Position numbers and translations under genes: made by a program | Shown here: piece after piece, positions 56,382-64,000 of the stretch | Position numbering within the stretch: the stretch's first letter is position 1 | How the letters are laid out: every line of letters begins with the position of its first letter | DNA from: an uncultured Bacteroidales bacterium | GTDB taxonomy: Bacteria > Bacteroidota > Bacteroidia > Bacteroidales > WCHB1-69 | Direction of reading: 5' to 3' | NCBI GenBank assembly: GCA_900317715.1 | Contig: ONHS01000015.1 | Coordinates: forward strand, 9,020 to 73,019 | Length of the DNA: 64,000 bases | Notes under the pieces: generated by a model | The model's database searches: none | What the model was told of the DNA's origin: nothing | Seen by the model: the letters and a program-made list of their open reading frames with translations, nothing else

Positions 56382-57941
56382 ATGGCAATGCAAGACAAGA
56401 TTAACGAGTTGCTTGCACTTCGCGAGAAGGCTCGTTTGGGCGGCGGTCAAGACAAGATTGACAAACAGCACGCCAAAGGCAAATATTCCGCGCGCGAGCG
56501 CATCCTGATGTTCCTCGACGAGGGCAGCTTTGAGGAGTTCGACATGTTCGTGACTCACCGCTGCGTCAACTTCGGCATTGAGAAGGACAAATTCCTCTCC
56601 GACGGTGTGGTGACTGGCTACGGCACCGTGAACGGCCGTCTGGTGTATGTTTTCTCACAGGACTTCACCGTGTTCGGCGGTTCTCTTTCCGAGACCTTCG
56701 CTGCGAAGATTTGTAAGGTGATGGACCAGGCCATGAAGGTTGGCGCACCCGTCATCGGCTTCAACGATTCCGGCGGAGCACGTATCCAAGAGGGTGTGAA
56801 CAGCTTGGCAGGTTACGCTGAGATTTTCCAACGCAACATTCTGGCTTCCGGCGTGGTGCCGCAAATCTCCGCCATCTTCGGACCTTGTGCTGGCGGCGCG
56901 GTCTATTCTCCTGCATTGACCGACTTCATCATGATGGCCCAGAACTCCAGCTATATGTTCGTCACCGGCCCGAAGGTCGTGAAGACCGTCACGGGTGAGG
57001 ACGTGACCACCGAGCAACTCGGCGGCGCTACCATCCACTCCACAAAATCCGGTGTGGCACAATTCTCCGTTCCGGACGAAGAGACCGGTATCGCTTTGTT
57101 GCGCGACCTCATTGGCTACCTGCCTTCCAACAACATGGAAGAGCCTCCGTACGAGCCCACCGAAGACCCCATCAACCGCTTGGAAGACAGCCTCAACTCC
57201 ATCATCCCTGACAACCCGAACCAACCTTACGACGTGAAGGATGTGATCAACGGCATTGTCGATGACGGCAAGTTCCTCGAAGTGCACGCCACCTACGCAC
57301 AAAACATCGTGGTCGGTTTCGCACGCTTCAACGGCATGGCCGTGGGTATTGTCGCCAACCAGCCGAAATGCATGGCCGGTGTGTTGGACATCAACGCTTC
57401 CCGCAAGGGTGCCCGTTTCGTCCGTTTCTGCGATGCCTTCAACATCCCGTTGGTGACGTTGGTCGATGTTCCTGGCTTCCTGCCTGGTACTGGTCAAGAG
57501 TACGGCGGCATCATCCTGCATGGTGCGAAACTGCTCTACGCTTACGGCGAATGCACGGTACCGAAAGTTACCGTCATCTTGCGTAAGAACTACGGCGGTG
57601 CATACTGCGTGATGAGCTCCAAGCATCTGCGCGGCGATGTGAACTACGCATGGCCTACCGCTGAGATTGCCGTGATGGGCGGCAGCGGCGCAGCTGAAAT
57701 CCTCTATGGTTCTCAAATGAAGAAGATTGAGGATGCTGAAGAGCGTCAGAAATTCCTCAACGAGAAAGTGGAAGAGTATCGCCAGAAATTCTCCAATCCT
57801 TACGTGGCTGCCCAATACGGCTACATCGACGATGTCATCGAGCCGCGCAACACCCGTTTCCGCGTGATCCGCGCCCTCGAATCGTTGCGTAACAAACGTC
57901 TGGAGAACCCGGCTAAGAAACACGACAACCTGCCCTTGTAA
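56382..57941 (+). CDS. mmdA: Methylmalonyl-CoA decarboxylase alpha subunit (carboxyltransferase)
   Basis: 519 aa carboxyltransferase (PccB-like); followed by OadG-like, biotin carrier and OadB-like genes. Confidence 0.85.
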   Translation: MAMQDKINELLALREKARLGGGQDKIDKQHAKGKYSARERILMFLDEGSFEEFDMFVTHRCVNFGIEKDKFLSDGVVTGYGTVNGRLVYVFSQDFTVFGGSLSETFAAKICKVMDQAMKVGAPVIGFNDSGGARIQEGVNSLAGYAEIFQRNILASGVVPQISAIFGPCAGGAVYSPALTDFIMMAQNSSYMFVTGPKVVKTVTGEDVTTEQLGGATIHSTKSGVAQFSVPDEETGIALLRDLIGYLPSNNMEEPPYEPTEDPINRLEDSLNSIIPDNPNQPYDVKDVINGIVDDGKFLEVHATYAQNIVVGFARFNGMAVGIVANQPKCMAGVLDINASRKGARFVRFCDAFNIPLVTLVDVPGFLPGTGQEYGGIILHGAKLLYAYGECTVPKVTVILRKNYGGAYCVMSSKHLRGDVNYAWPTAEIAVMGGSGAAEILYGSQMKKIEDAEERQKFLNEKVEEYRQKFSNPYVAAQYGYIDDVIEPRNTRFRVIRALESLRNKRLENPAKKHDNLPL

Positions 57942-57950
57942 TATGTTCGT

Positions 57951-57980
57951 TGTAGAGACGTTGCGCGCAACGTCTCTACA
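57951..57980. repeat. GTAG-headed REP-like hairpin (perfect 30-bp palindrome) inside the mmd operon
   Basis: TGTAGAGACGTTGCG|CGCAACGTCTCTACA between mmdA and next gene. Confidence 0.9.
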
Positions 57981-58008
57981 TTCACAAAAACCAATAAATT
58001 AGAAATTT

Positions 58009-58995
58009 ATGAAGTCAATTTACAGATATTTTCTCATCCTTGCGGCTCTGTTCGTCACCACGGCCACCTTTGGGCAATCGGTGCACGACCTGCGCCTCAA
58101 CGAGATGATGATCAAAAACGTGGACAACTATGCCGACGAGTATGGTCGTCATGTGCCGTGGGTGGAGATTTTCAACACCGCCTACAACACGGTCAACATC
58201 ACCGGCTGTTATCTCACCGATGACACCACGGGACTGGCTGCCGCCGGCAAGAAAGGCGGCGTGATTCCGTCCAAGTGGTACAAAATCCCCACGGACCAGA
58301 AAATGTACATGCCCCAGCGCAGCTTCCTGATTTTCTTCCTGGATAACTCGCCGCTGTACGGTCCATTCCACACCAACTTCACGCCTGCGGAGTCCCGCAC
58401 GCGCTACATCGCGCTCATCAATGCCAATGGTAAAGATCTGCTCGACATTGTGGAGTACCCCGTTTCTCTGCGCGACACTTCGCTGACCTTCGGATATGTG
58501 ATGGATGGACAGCGCGATGCCACTGCTTTCAAGAAAGGCACTCGCGCAGCCGGCGAACTGGCTTTCCTCAAAGAGTTCACCCCCAACTCTTCCAACGAGA
58601 CGGAGGCTAAGATCTCCAAGCAGGACAAGCTGAAACGCGATGACCCTTACGGCATCGGTATGGCTCTGATTTCCATGGCTGTTGTGTTCACTGCATTGAT
58701 TATGATCTACATCATGCTGAAGATCTTCAACTACGTAACCCGCCGCGCCACCCAGAAGTCAAAAGCGCAAGAGCAGGCTGCAACTCCTGCGAAAGCGATG
58801 GCTTCCAAAGCAGGAGAGGAAGACGACGATACGGTTGACGGTCCGACTTGCGCTGCTATCGGCACCGCATTGCATCTGCATTTCGGCAGCATGCACGACG
58901 AGGAGAGCGAGGTCATCACCATCAACATGCCTTCGAAACACTATTCACCTTGGGCTCAGAAAGAGCTGACCATGAAGAGAAATCCCAGAAGATAA
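58009..58995 (+). CDS. Lamin-tail-domain protein fused to OadG-like membrane anchor (decarboxylase small subunit)
   Basis: 328 aa; signal peptide, LRLNEMM...WVEIFNTAYNTVNITGCYLTDD (LTD pattern), TM DPYGIGMALISMAVVFTALIMIYIMLKIF (OadG-like). Confidence 0.6.
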   Translation: MKSIYRYFLILAALFVTTATFGQSVHDLRLNEMMIKNVDNYADEYGRHVPWVEIFNTAYNTVNITGCYLTDDTTGLAAAGKKGGVIPSKWYKIPTDQKMYMPQRSFLIFFLDNSPLYGPFHTNFTPAESRTRYIALINANGKDLLDIVEYPVSLRDTSLTFGYVMDGQRDATAFKKGTRAAGELAFLKEFTPNSSNETEAKISKQDKLKRDDPYGIGMALISMAVVFTALIMIYIMLKIFNYVTRRATQKSKAQEQAATPAKAMASKAGEEDDDTVDGPTCAAIGTALHLHFGSMHDEESEVITINMPSKHYSPWAQKELTMKRNPRR

Positions 58996-59018
58996 TCACC
59001 AAAATTAAGAAAAAGAAT

Positions 59019-59459
59019 ATGAAAACCTATAATTTTAAGATTTACGGAAATAAATATGCCGTTGAAGTCGGTGAACTTGAAGAAAACACCATCGAGGTGA
59101 ATGTCAACGGCACGCCCTACAAGGTGGAATTAGACATGGAGCTGAAACCCAAGACGGTGAAGCCCGTGGTGAAAGTGGCCGCTGCTCCTAAGGCACAGGC
59201 TGCCGCTCCCGCACAGAAGGTGGCTCCCGCTGCTCCCACAGGTGGTGGCGGCACCCTCAACTCTCCGCTGCCCGGCACCGTGCTCGACGTGTTTGTGAAA
59301 CCCGGCGACGCCGTGAAGGTCGGCCAACGTCTCCTCCTCCTCGAGGCTATGAAGATGGAGAACAACATCGATGCGGACCGCGACGGTGTGGTGAAAGAGG
59401 TGAAAGTGAGCAAGAGCGACGCCGTTATGGAAGGTCAAGTGCTCGTTGTGTTTGAATAA
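59019..59459 (+). CDS. mmdC: Biotin carboxyl carrier subunit
   Basis: 146 aa from MKTYNFKIYG; Ala/Pro linker; LLEAMKMEN biotinyl-lysine motif. Confidence 0.85.
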   Translation: MKTYNFKIYGNKYAVEVGELEENTIEVNVNGTPYKVELDMELKPKTVKPVVKVAAAPKAQAAAPAQKVAPAAPTGGGGTLNSPLPGTVLDVFVKPGDAVKVGQRLLLLEAMKMENNIDADRDGVVKEVKVSKSDAVMEGQVLVVFE

Positions 59460-59487
59460 TAAATTTCATCATTAAAAGATTGAGATT

Positions 59488-60633
59488 ATGTTAGAATTTT
59501 TCAAAGAAGGATTATTGCAATTCCTGAGCTATTCCGGTTTCGGAAACTGCACCTGGGGACATATCATCATGATATGTATCGGCTTGGTGTTCATAGCTTT
59601 GGGAATTATCAAGGAATATGAGCCGCTGTTGCTCGTGCCCATCGGCTTCGGTATCATCATCGGTAACATCCCGTTCACCGATGGTCTGCAAGTGGGTGTG
59701 TATGAGAACGGTGCCGTGCTCAACTACCTCTATTTCGGTGTGGTGAAAGGTTTCTATCCGCCATTGATCTTCCTCGGCATCGGAGCCATGACAGACTTCT
59801 CGGCCCTGATTTCCAACCCGAAATTGATTCTCATCGGTGCAGCCGCCCAGTTCGGTATCTTCGCCGCTTACATCACTGCCTTGTTGCTGGGCTTCACCCC
59901 CATGGAGGCTGGTGCTATCGGTATCATCGGTGGTGCTGACGGTCCTACCGCCATCTTCATCTCGTCCAAGTTGGCTCCGAGCATGATGGGTGCTATTGCT
60001 GTGTCGGCATACTCTTACATGGCTTTGGTGCCGGTGATCCAACCGCCTATCATGCGCGCACTGACCACCCCGCAAGAGCGCCTCATCCGCATGCGCCCGC
60101 CTCGTGCCGTCAGCCATCGCGAAAAAGTGCTCTTCCCGATGATGTGTATCCTGCTCACCGCCTTCCTCGTGCCTACGGGTCTGCCGTTGTTGGGTATGCT
60201 CTTCTTCGGTAACCTGTTGAAAGAGAGCGGCGTGACGAAACGTCTGGCCAACACCGCATCGGGTCCGCTGGTCGATATCGTGACTATCCTCATCGGTCTG
60301 ACCGTCGGTTGTTCCACGCAGGCTACCAACTTCCTGAGACCTGCCTCTGTGCTCATCTTCATCTTGGGTGCCTTCTCCTTCGTGATCGCCACCGCTTCCG
60401 GTGTGCTGTTCGTGAAGTTCTTCAACCTCTTCCTGAAGGGCGACAATAAGATCAACCCGCTCATCGGTAACGCCGGTGTCTCCGCCGTGCCTGATGCAGC
60501 GCGTGTCTCCCTGGTGGAAGGTCAGAAATACGACCGCACCAACTTCCTGCTCATGCACGCTATGGGTCCGAACGTGGCCGGCGTCATCGGCAGTGCAGTG
60601 GCCGCAGGTATCTTGTTGAGCTTCTTGTATTAA
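59488..60633 (+). CDS. mmdB: Na+-translocating decarboxylase beta subunit
   Basis: 381-aa polytopic OadB/MmdB-type protein; stop TAA is in first unit of array 15. Confidence 0.85.
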   Translation: MLEFFKEGLLQFLSYSGFGNCTWGHIIMICIGLVFIALGIIKEYEPLLLVPIGFGIIIGNIPFTDGLQVGVYENGAVLNYLYFGVVKGFYPPLIFLGIGAMTDFSALISNPKLILIGAAAQFGIFAAYITALLLGFTPMEAGAIGIIGGADGPTAIFISSKLAPSMMGAIAVSAYSYMALVPVIQPPIMRALTTPQERLIRMRPPRAVSHREKVLFPMMCILLTAFLVPTGLPLLGMLFFGNLLKESGVTKRLANTASGPLVDIVTILIGLTVGCSTQATNFLRPASVLIFILGAFSFVIATASGVLFVKFFNLFLKGDNKINPLIGNAGVSAVPDAARVSLVEGQKYDRTNFLLMHAMGPNVAGVIGSAVAAGILLSFLY

Positions 60634-60661
60634 GACGTGTGATGTGTGACGTTAGTATGAC
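60630..60661. repeat. Heptamer array 15 (short GTNNGAC run)
   Basis: ttaagac gtgtgat gtgtgac gttagta tgac. Confidence 0.7.
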
Positions 60662-60694
60662 TGAACGGCTTTAGTTACACATCAAACATACAAA

Positions 60695-60728
60695 TAAAAA
60701 AAGGTGTCGGGAACGGCACCTTTTTTTG
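60695..60728 (+). terminator. Intrinsic terminator of mmd operon
   Basis: aaaaaaaGGTGTCGggaaCGGCACCttttttt. Confidence 0.75.
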
Positions 60729-60812
60729 TTGAGGGTTATTTTAGTCATTCTCTCGCTAAAAAAAATATCAAGATGTGAGACACAGGCATCATTTCCTGCG
60801 AAATTTTACCTT

Positions 60813-60850
60813 AATAATTTAACAATTAGAATTTTAATTGTTAAATTATT
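60813..60850. promoter_or_regulatory. Perfect 16-bp inverted repeat, candidate operator
   Basis: AATAATTTAACAATTAgaatttTAATTGTTAAATTATT, ~115 nt upstream of ATG 60965. Confidence 0.35.
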
Positions 60851-60964
60851 TTCTATTTTGCTGATAATCAGACAAAAAGAAATTTCGTCGAAACTATTGA
60901 CAAATGGCGATTTTTGTATTATATTTGCCGTCTGAAAATATAGTATCAACAAAACATTAAACCA

Positions 60965-61366
60965 ATGGAACAGAAAAATCCAATCGAAGAGGCCCGGAGA
61001 TATGTGGCCAATGCAAAAGAGATCATTCAGAACGCCAACTATGATCCAAAACTTAAAATCTACACTGACAACAAGTATGTCAAGACAGCGGGCAACATTC
61101 TGTGGTGCGGTTGTTTGGTTGCAATGGATGCCGTGCTAGATATTCCTAGAGGCAAAAGCCGCCCGTCAATAGAAAAATACAAGGAAGCCGCAGGAAATCG
61201 TGACAAGAAACTGTTAGCCGCCATTGTGGGTGGTTATGAAACCATGCACTTGTACATGGGCTACGATGGCGTACGCGGGAAAAAAGTATGTGATGCTGGC
61301 TTTGATTTCGCAAACACCATTATCAACCGTTGTGCCAAGCTTTACCCTAAAACGGCATGCGCATAA
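60965..61366 (+). CDS. Hypothetical small cytoplasmic protein
   Basis: 133-aa helical ORF, clean start; family not recognised with confidence. Confidence 0.5.
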   Translation: MEQKNPIEEARRYVANAKEIIQNANYDPKLKIYTDNKYVKTAGNILWCGCLVAMDAVLDIPRGKSRPSIEKYKEAAGNRDKKLLAAIVGGYETMHLYMGYDGVRGKKVCDAGFDFANTIINRCAKLYPKTACA

Positions 61367-61424
61367 AAGTACATTTACAGATTAAACATTGAACCTGCAA
61401 AAAAACAACAGAAAACATTAAGGA

Positions 61425-62438
61425 TCACTCCGCCAAGGCGGCGCACACTCGCTCGATGTCCTCGTCGGTGGTGTCCCAGGAGGTGACCAGACGGATTTCG
61501 TCGGCAGACTCGTTCCAGTAGTAGAAGAACGTGGTCTTGGACAAACGGTCAGCAACGGAACGTGGGAGTCTGAGCAACAATATGTTAGCATCAGTGCGTT
61601 GCGTGAAGATGTCGCCTCGCAAATCGATGATGCGCTGCCGTAACTTCTGCGCCTGCGCATTGGCGTGCGCGGCATTCTCCTTCCAAATACCCTTCTCAAG
61701 ATAGGCGATGAACTGCGCACTGAGATAGCGCATCTTGGAACTGAGCTGCGCACTCTGCTTACGCCAATACTTGAGATTCGGCAGCAACTCGGGACGCAAC
61801 ACCACCACCGATTCGCCCATCAGCATACCATTCTTCGTGCCTCCGAAACTCACGATGTCCACCCCACAATCAGTGGTCATCTCTTTGAACGTCTTGCCCA
61901 GTTTCACAGCGGCATTGGCAATTCGCGCACCGTCCAGATGCAAGTACATACCGAACGGATGGATATAGTCGGCAATGGCTTTGATCTCCTCGCACGTATA
62001 GACCGTACCCAATTCCGAACATTGTGAGATATAGACGGCCTTGGGTTGCGAGTGATGTTCGAAGCCCCAGTTAGTAAGATGAGGCTCAATCAGTTGCGGA
62101 GTAAGCTTACCATCGGGCGTAGGAATACTGACCACCGCCGCGCCCGTCATGAAGGCGGGAGCTCCGCACTCATCCACCGCAATGTGGGCGGTTTCCGCAC
62201 AGAGGATGCTGTTGAACGACTGCACGCAGGCCCGCAACGCCACCACATTGGCACCCGTACCGTTGAACACGGGGAAAACCTCAGCTTGCTCACCGAACTT
62301 CTGCTTGAAAATGTCCCGCAGACGAGCGGTGTAAGTATCGTCACCGTAAGCGATTTCGTGATCAATATTGCATTGGGCAATCGCCTCTAAAATGGCGGGG
62401 TGCACCCCCGAATGGTTATCACTGCCAAAACTTCTCAT
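61425..62438 (-). CDS. ltaE: Low-specificity L-threonine aldolase
   Basis: 337 aa; MRSFGSDNHSGVHP..., FGGTKNG PLP-lysine region. Confidence 0.85.
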   Translation of the reverse strand: MRSFGSDNHSGVHPAILEAIAQCNIDHEIAYGDDTYTARLRDIFKQKFGEQAEVFPVFNGTGANVVALRACVQSFNSILCAETAHIAVDECGAPAFMTGAAVVSIPTPDGKLTPQLIEPHLTNWGFEHHSQPKAVYISQCSELGTVYTCEEIKAIADYIHPFGMYLHLDGARIANAAVKLGKTFKEMTTDCGVDIVSFGGTKNGMLMGESVVVLRPELLPNLKYWRKQSAQLSSKMRYLSAQFIAYLEKGIWKENAAHANAQAQKLRQRIIDLRGDIFTQRTDANILLLRLPRSVADRLSKTTFFYYWNESADEIRLVTSWDTTDEDIERVCAALAE

Positions 62439-62482
62439 AATTCAGATTTTTTCGGCGGCAAAAGTAACATTTTCCTCTGAAA

Positions 62483-62514
62483 TTGTAGAGACGCGATTCC
62501 TCGCGTCCCTACAA
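62483..62514. repeat. GTAG-headed REP-like hairpin (one stem mismatch)
   Basis: TTGTAGAGACGCGattcctCGCGTCCCTACAA. Confidence 0.8.
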
Positions 62515-62544
62515 AAATCATTTGAATATCTGTTTTCACTTCAA

Positions 62545-64000
62545 TCATTCCTTCTCTTTGATGCAACGAACGCTGTACCCCAAACCCGAAAGGCTGTGAT
62601 TCATCAACACTGCATCGCAATCATGACGTACGATGGAGGTGTTGTTTACCGTCTCATAACCAACATTTTGCGTGGACCAGAAATAGGTCTCTGAGAGCAG
62701 CCCTTCATAACGATTTCGGGCACCGTTATAGTAACCAGCAGGCAATGCCGTGAAGCCCGTACTGTTGTCTCCACCACCGTCAAGCCAGTACAGCGGTGAC
62801 TTCAGCGCATGACTTCCGTAGGCATTCAGACCGATGTATTTTTCAGACGTGGGCAGGTACCAACCCGCCGGACAGATTCCCTGCACATGTCCGTACCCAT
62901 TGTCCACACCATCGCGGATAGCCGCCTCGTAGGTGTATAACCGCCCATACGTCGCCACATTCGCTGCCGTATCGGGGTACTGCAGGCTCACATACGCATA
63001 TACATTCGCAATCGCCTCACAATCACTGTATTTGGTAGATTCGAGATTGCGTTGGGTCCAACAGTCGCAGCCAATGCGCACCCCATGATAGACGTTGCCC
63101 TCGCAATCCACCGCATCGGGGCACTTCGGGTAGGCAATGACAATATGTTGCTCGCACGTGTCAGTGAAACCGCAAACCGCATCTGTAAGCACCCATGTAA
63201 TCACATTATCTCCTTGATAGAAAAGAAGATCGTTGGGAATATCATTGGAGATGAGGAACGGCCACTCCTCCTCGCAAAGAATCGTAGGATCGCCTATCCG
63301 ATCGGGATAAATCTTCATCGCACAGTCGCCGAAGGCCAGCGTGTCGTAAACGCTAGAGGGACATGAAATGGAAAAATCTGTAATGCAAGGACTTACATTC
63401 AATTCCAGCACAACAATACTGTCGCAGCCGTTGGCACCGGTAAGGGTGTCGTGCCAATCGTAAAACCCAGCCTCTTCAATGTTCTCAAAAACGTGATACT
63501 CGACCACAACCCTTTCATCTTCAACTTGATACAGGAAAACTTCTTTTCGTATCGTGTCGCGGCTCACCTTTAGCGGTTTGACATGCAAATACACCAAACT
63601 GTCGCAACCTTCTATCGTCTTCATTTTCAACACAAAATCAAACTTTGGACTCGAAACCGACAAAATTTCGATTAAAGTGACATCCGAAGAAGATACAGAC
63701 ACTTGGTCACCTTCGACCGAAATAGTTACTTCAGGGCTTAAGTCGTAAGGAATAGTAACGGAATTCTCATATAGACAAATAGTTACCGTATCGTATGCTT
63801 CGTATGTAGGCAAAATTGTCAGGTGCAAATAAGAGATTGTATCCACCAATACTCCATTCATCGCTTTCTGACCTGGAAACTCGTAATATCCTGACATTCC
63901 GAGATATTCGGGAAGCGATTGCTCGTGCCATTGATAACCTTCCAAATTATCACTCCAAGAGTATTCGGATGTAAACGTGCGACCGCAAATGCTATCTTGA
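62545..64000 (-). CDS. Secreted protein with C-terminal FISUMP (Fibrobacter major paralogous) domain; 5' end outside window
   Basis: Frame stays open to window edge; C-terminal CWTQRNL...YGRLYTYEAA...CPAGWYLPTSEKY...GFTALPAGYY pattern. Confidence 0.7.
   Translation of the reverse strand, partial: QDSICGRTFTSEYSWSDNLEGYQWHEQSLPEYLGMSGYYEFPGQKAMNGVLVDTISYLHLTILPTYEAYDTVTICLYENSVTIPYDLSPEVTISVEGDQVSVSSSDVTLIEILSVSSPKFDFVLKMKTIEGCDSLVYLHVKPLKVSRDTIRKEVFLYQVEDERVVVEYHVFENIEEAGFYDWHDTLTGANGCDSIVVLELNVSPCITDFSISCPSSVYDTLAFGDCAMKIYPDRIGDPTILCEEEWPFLISNDIPNDLLFYQGDNVITWVLTDAVCGFTDTCEQHIVIAYPKCPDAVDCEGNVYHGVRIGCDCWTQRNLESTKYSDCEAIANVYAYVSLQYPDTAANVATYGRLYTYEAAIRDGVDNGYGHVQGICPAGWYLPTSEKYIGLNAYGSHALKSPLYWLDGGGDNSTGFTALPAGYYNGARNRYEGLLSETYFWSTQNVGYETVNNTSIVRHDCDAVLMNHSLSGLGYSVRCIKEKE

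Overview
This 64-kb chromosomal segment reads as a Bacteroidota (Bacteroidales-type) genome. Evidence: TAnnTTTG -7 promoter boxes about 25-40 nt upstream of many starts, a T9SS-sorted adhesin, iorAB, an mmd-type Na+-decarboxylase operon, a GDE/GT4/GH57 glycogen cluster, mreCD, clpC, kamA and the end of the spc ribosomal operon. About 50 protein genes are callable. Several are disrupted: nnr, gltX, a blaR1-like M56 sensor and two Smr-gene stubs. I saw no rRNA, tRNA, CRISPR array or prophage. The non-genic DNA is the unusual part. (1) About 15 spacers, roughly 1.5 kb by my manual count, are built from phase-locked heptanucleotide tandem arrays with a recurring block vocabulary (GTNNGAC, TTTGAAC, CCTATTG, TAAACCN, CATCGNN, AATTCAT). 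They abut or overlap stop codons. One splits iorA from iorB, and one lies in-frame inside a GH78 gene. They resemble cyanobacterial STRR heptamers, and I do not know them as a described Bacteroidales element. (2) There are two different IS200-like/RAYT-type Y1 transposase genes, each with its own hairpin repeat family. One is flanked by about 50-60-bp inverted REP units. The other carries GTAG-headed REP hairpins plus in-frame 15-bp and 24-bp tandem expansions inside its own ORF, and six related GTAG(A/G)G(A/G)CG hairpins sit at gene 3' ends. (3) In an accessory patch (about 37-52 kb), a promoter plus signal-peptide module and an Smr-gene flank are re-used around unrelated lipoprotein genes. 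All product calls rest on motif recognition by eye. No database search, folding or statistics could be run.
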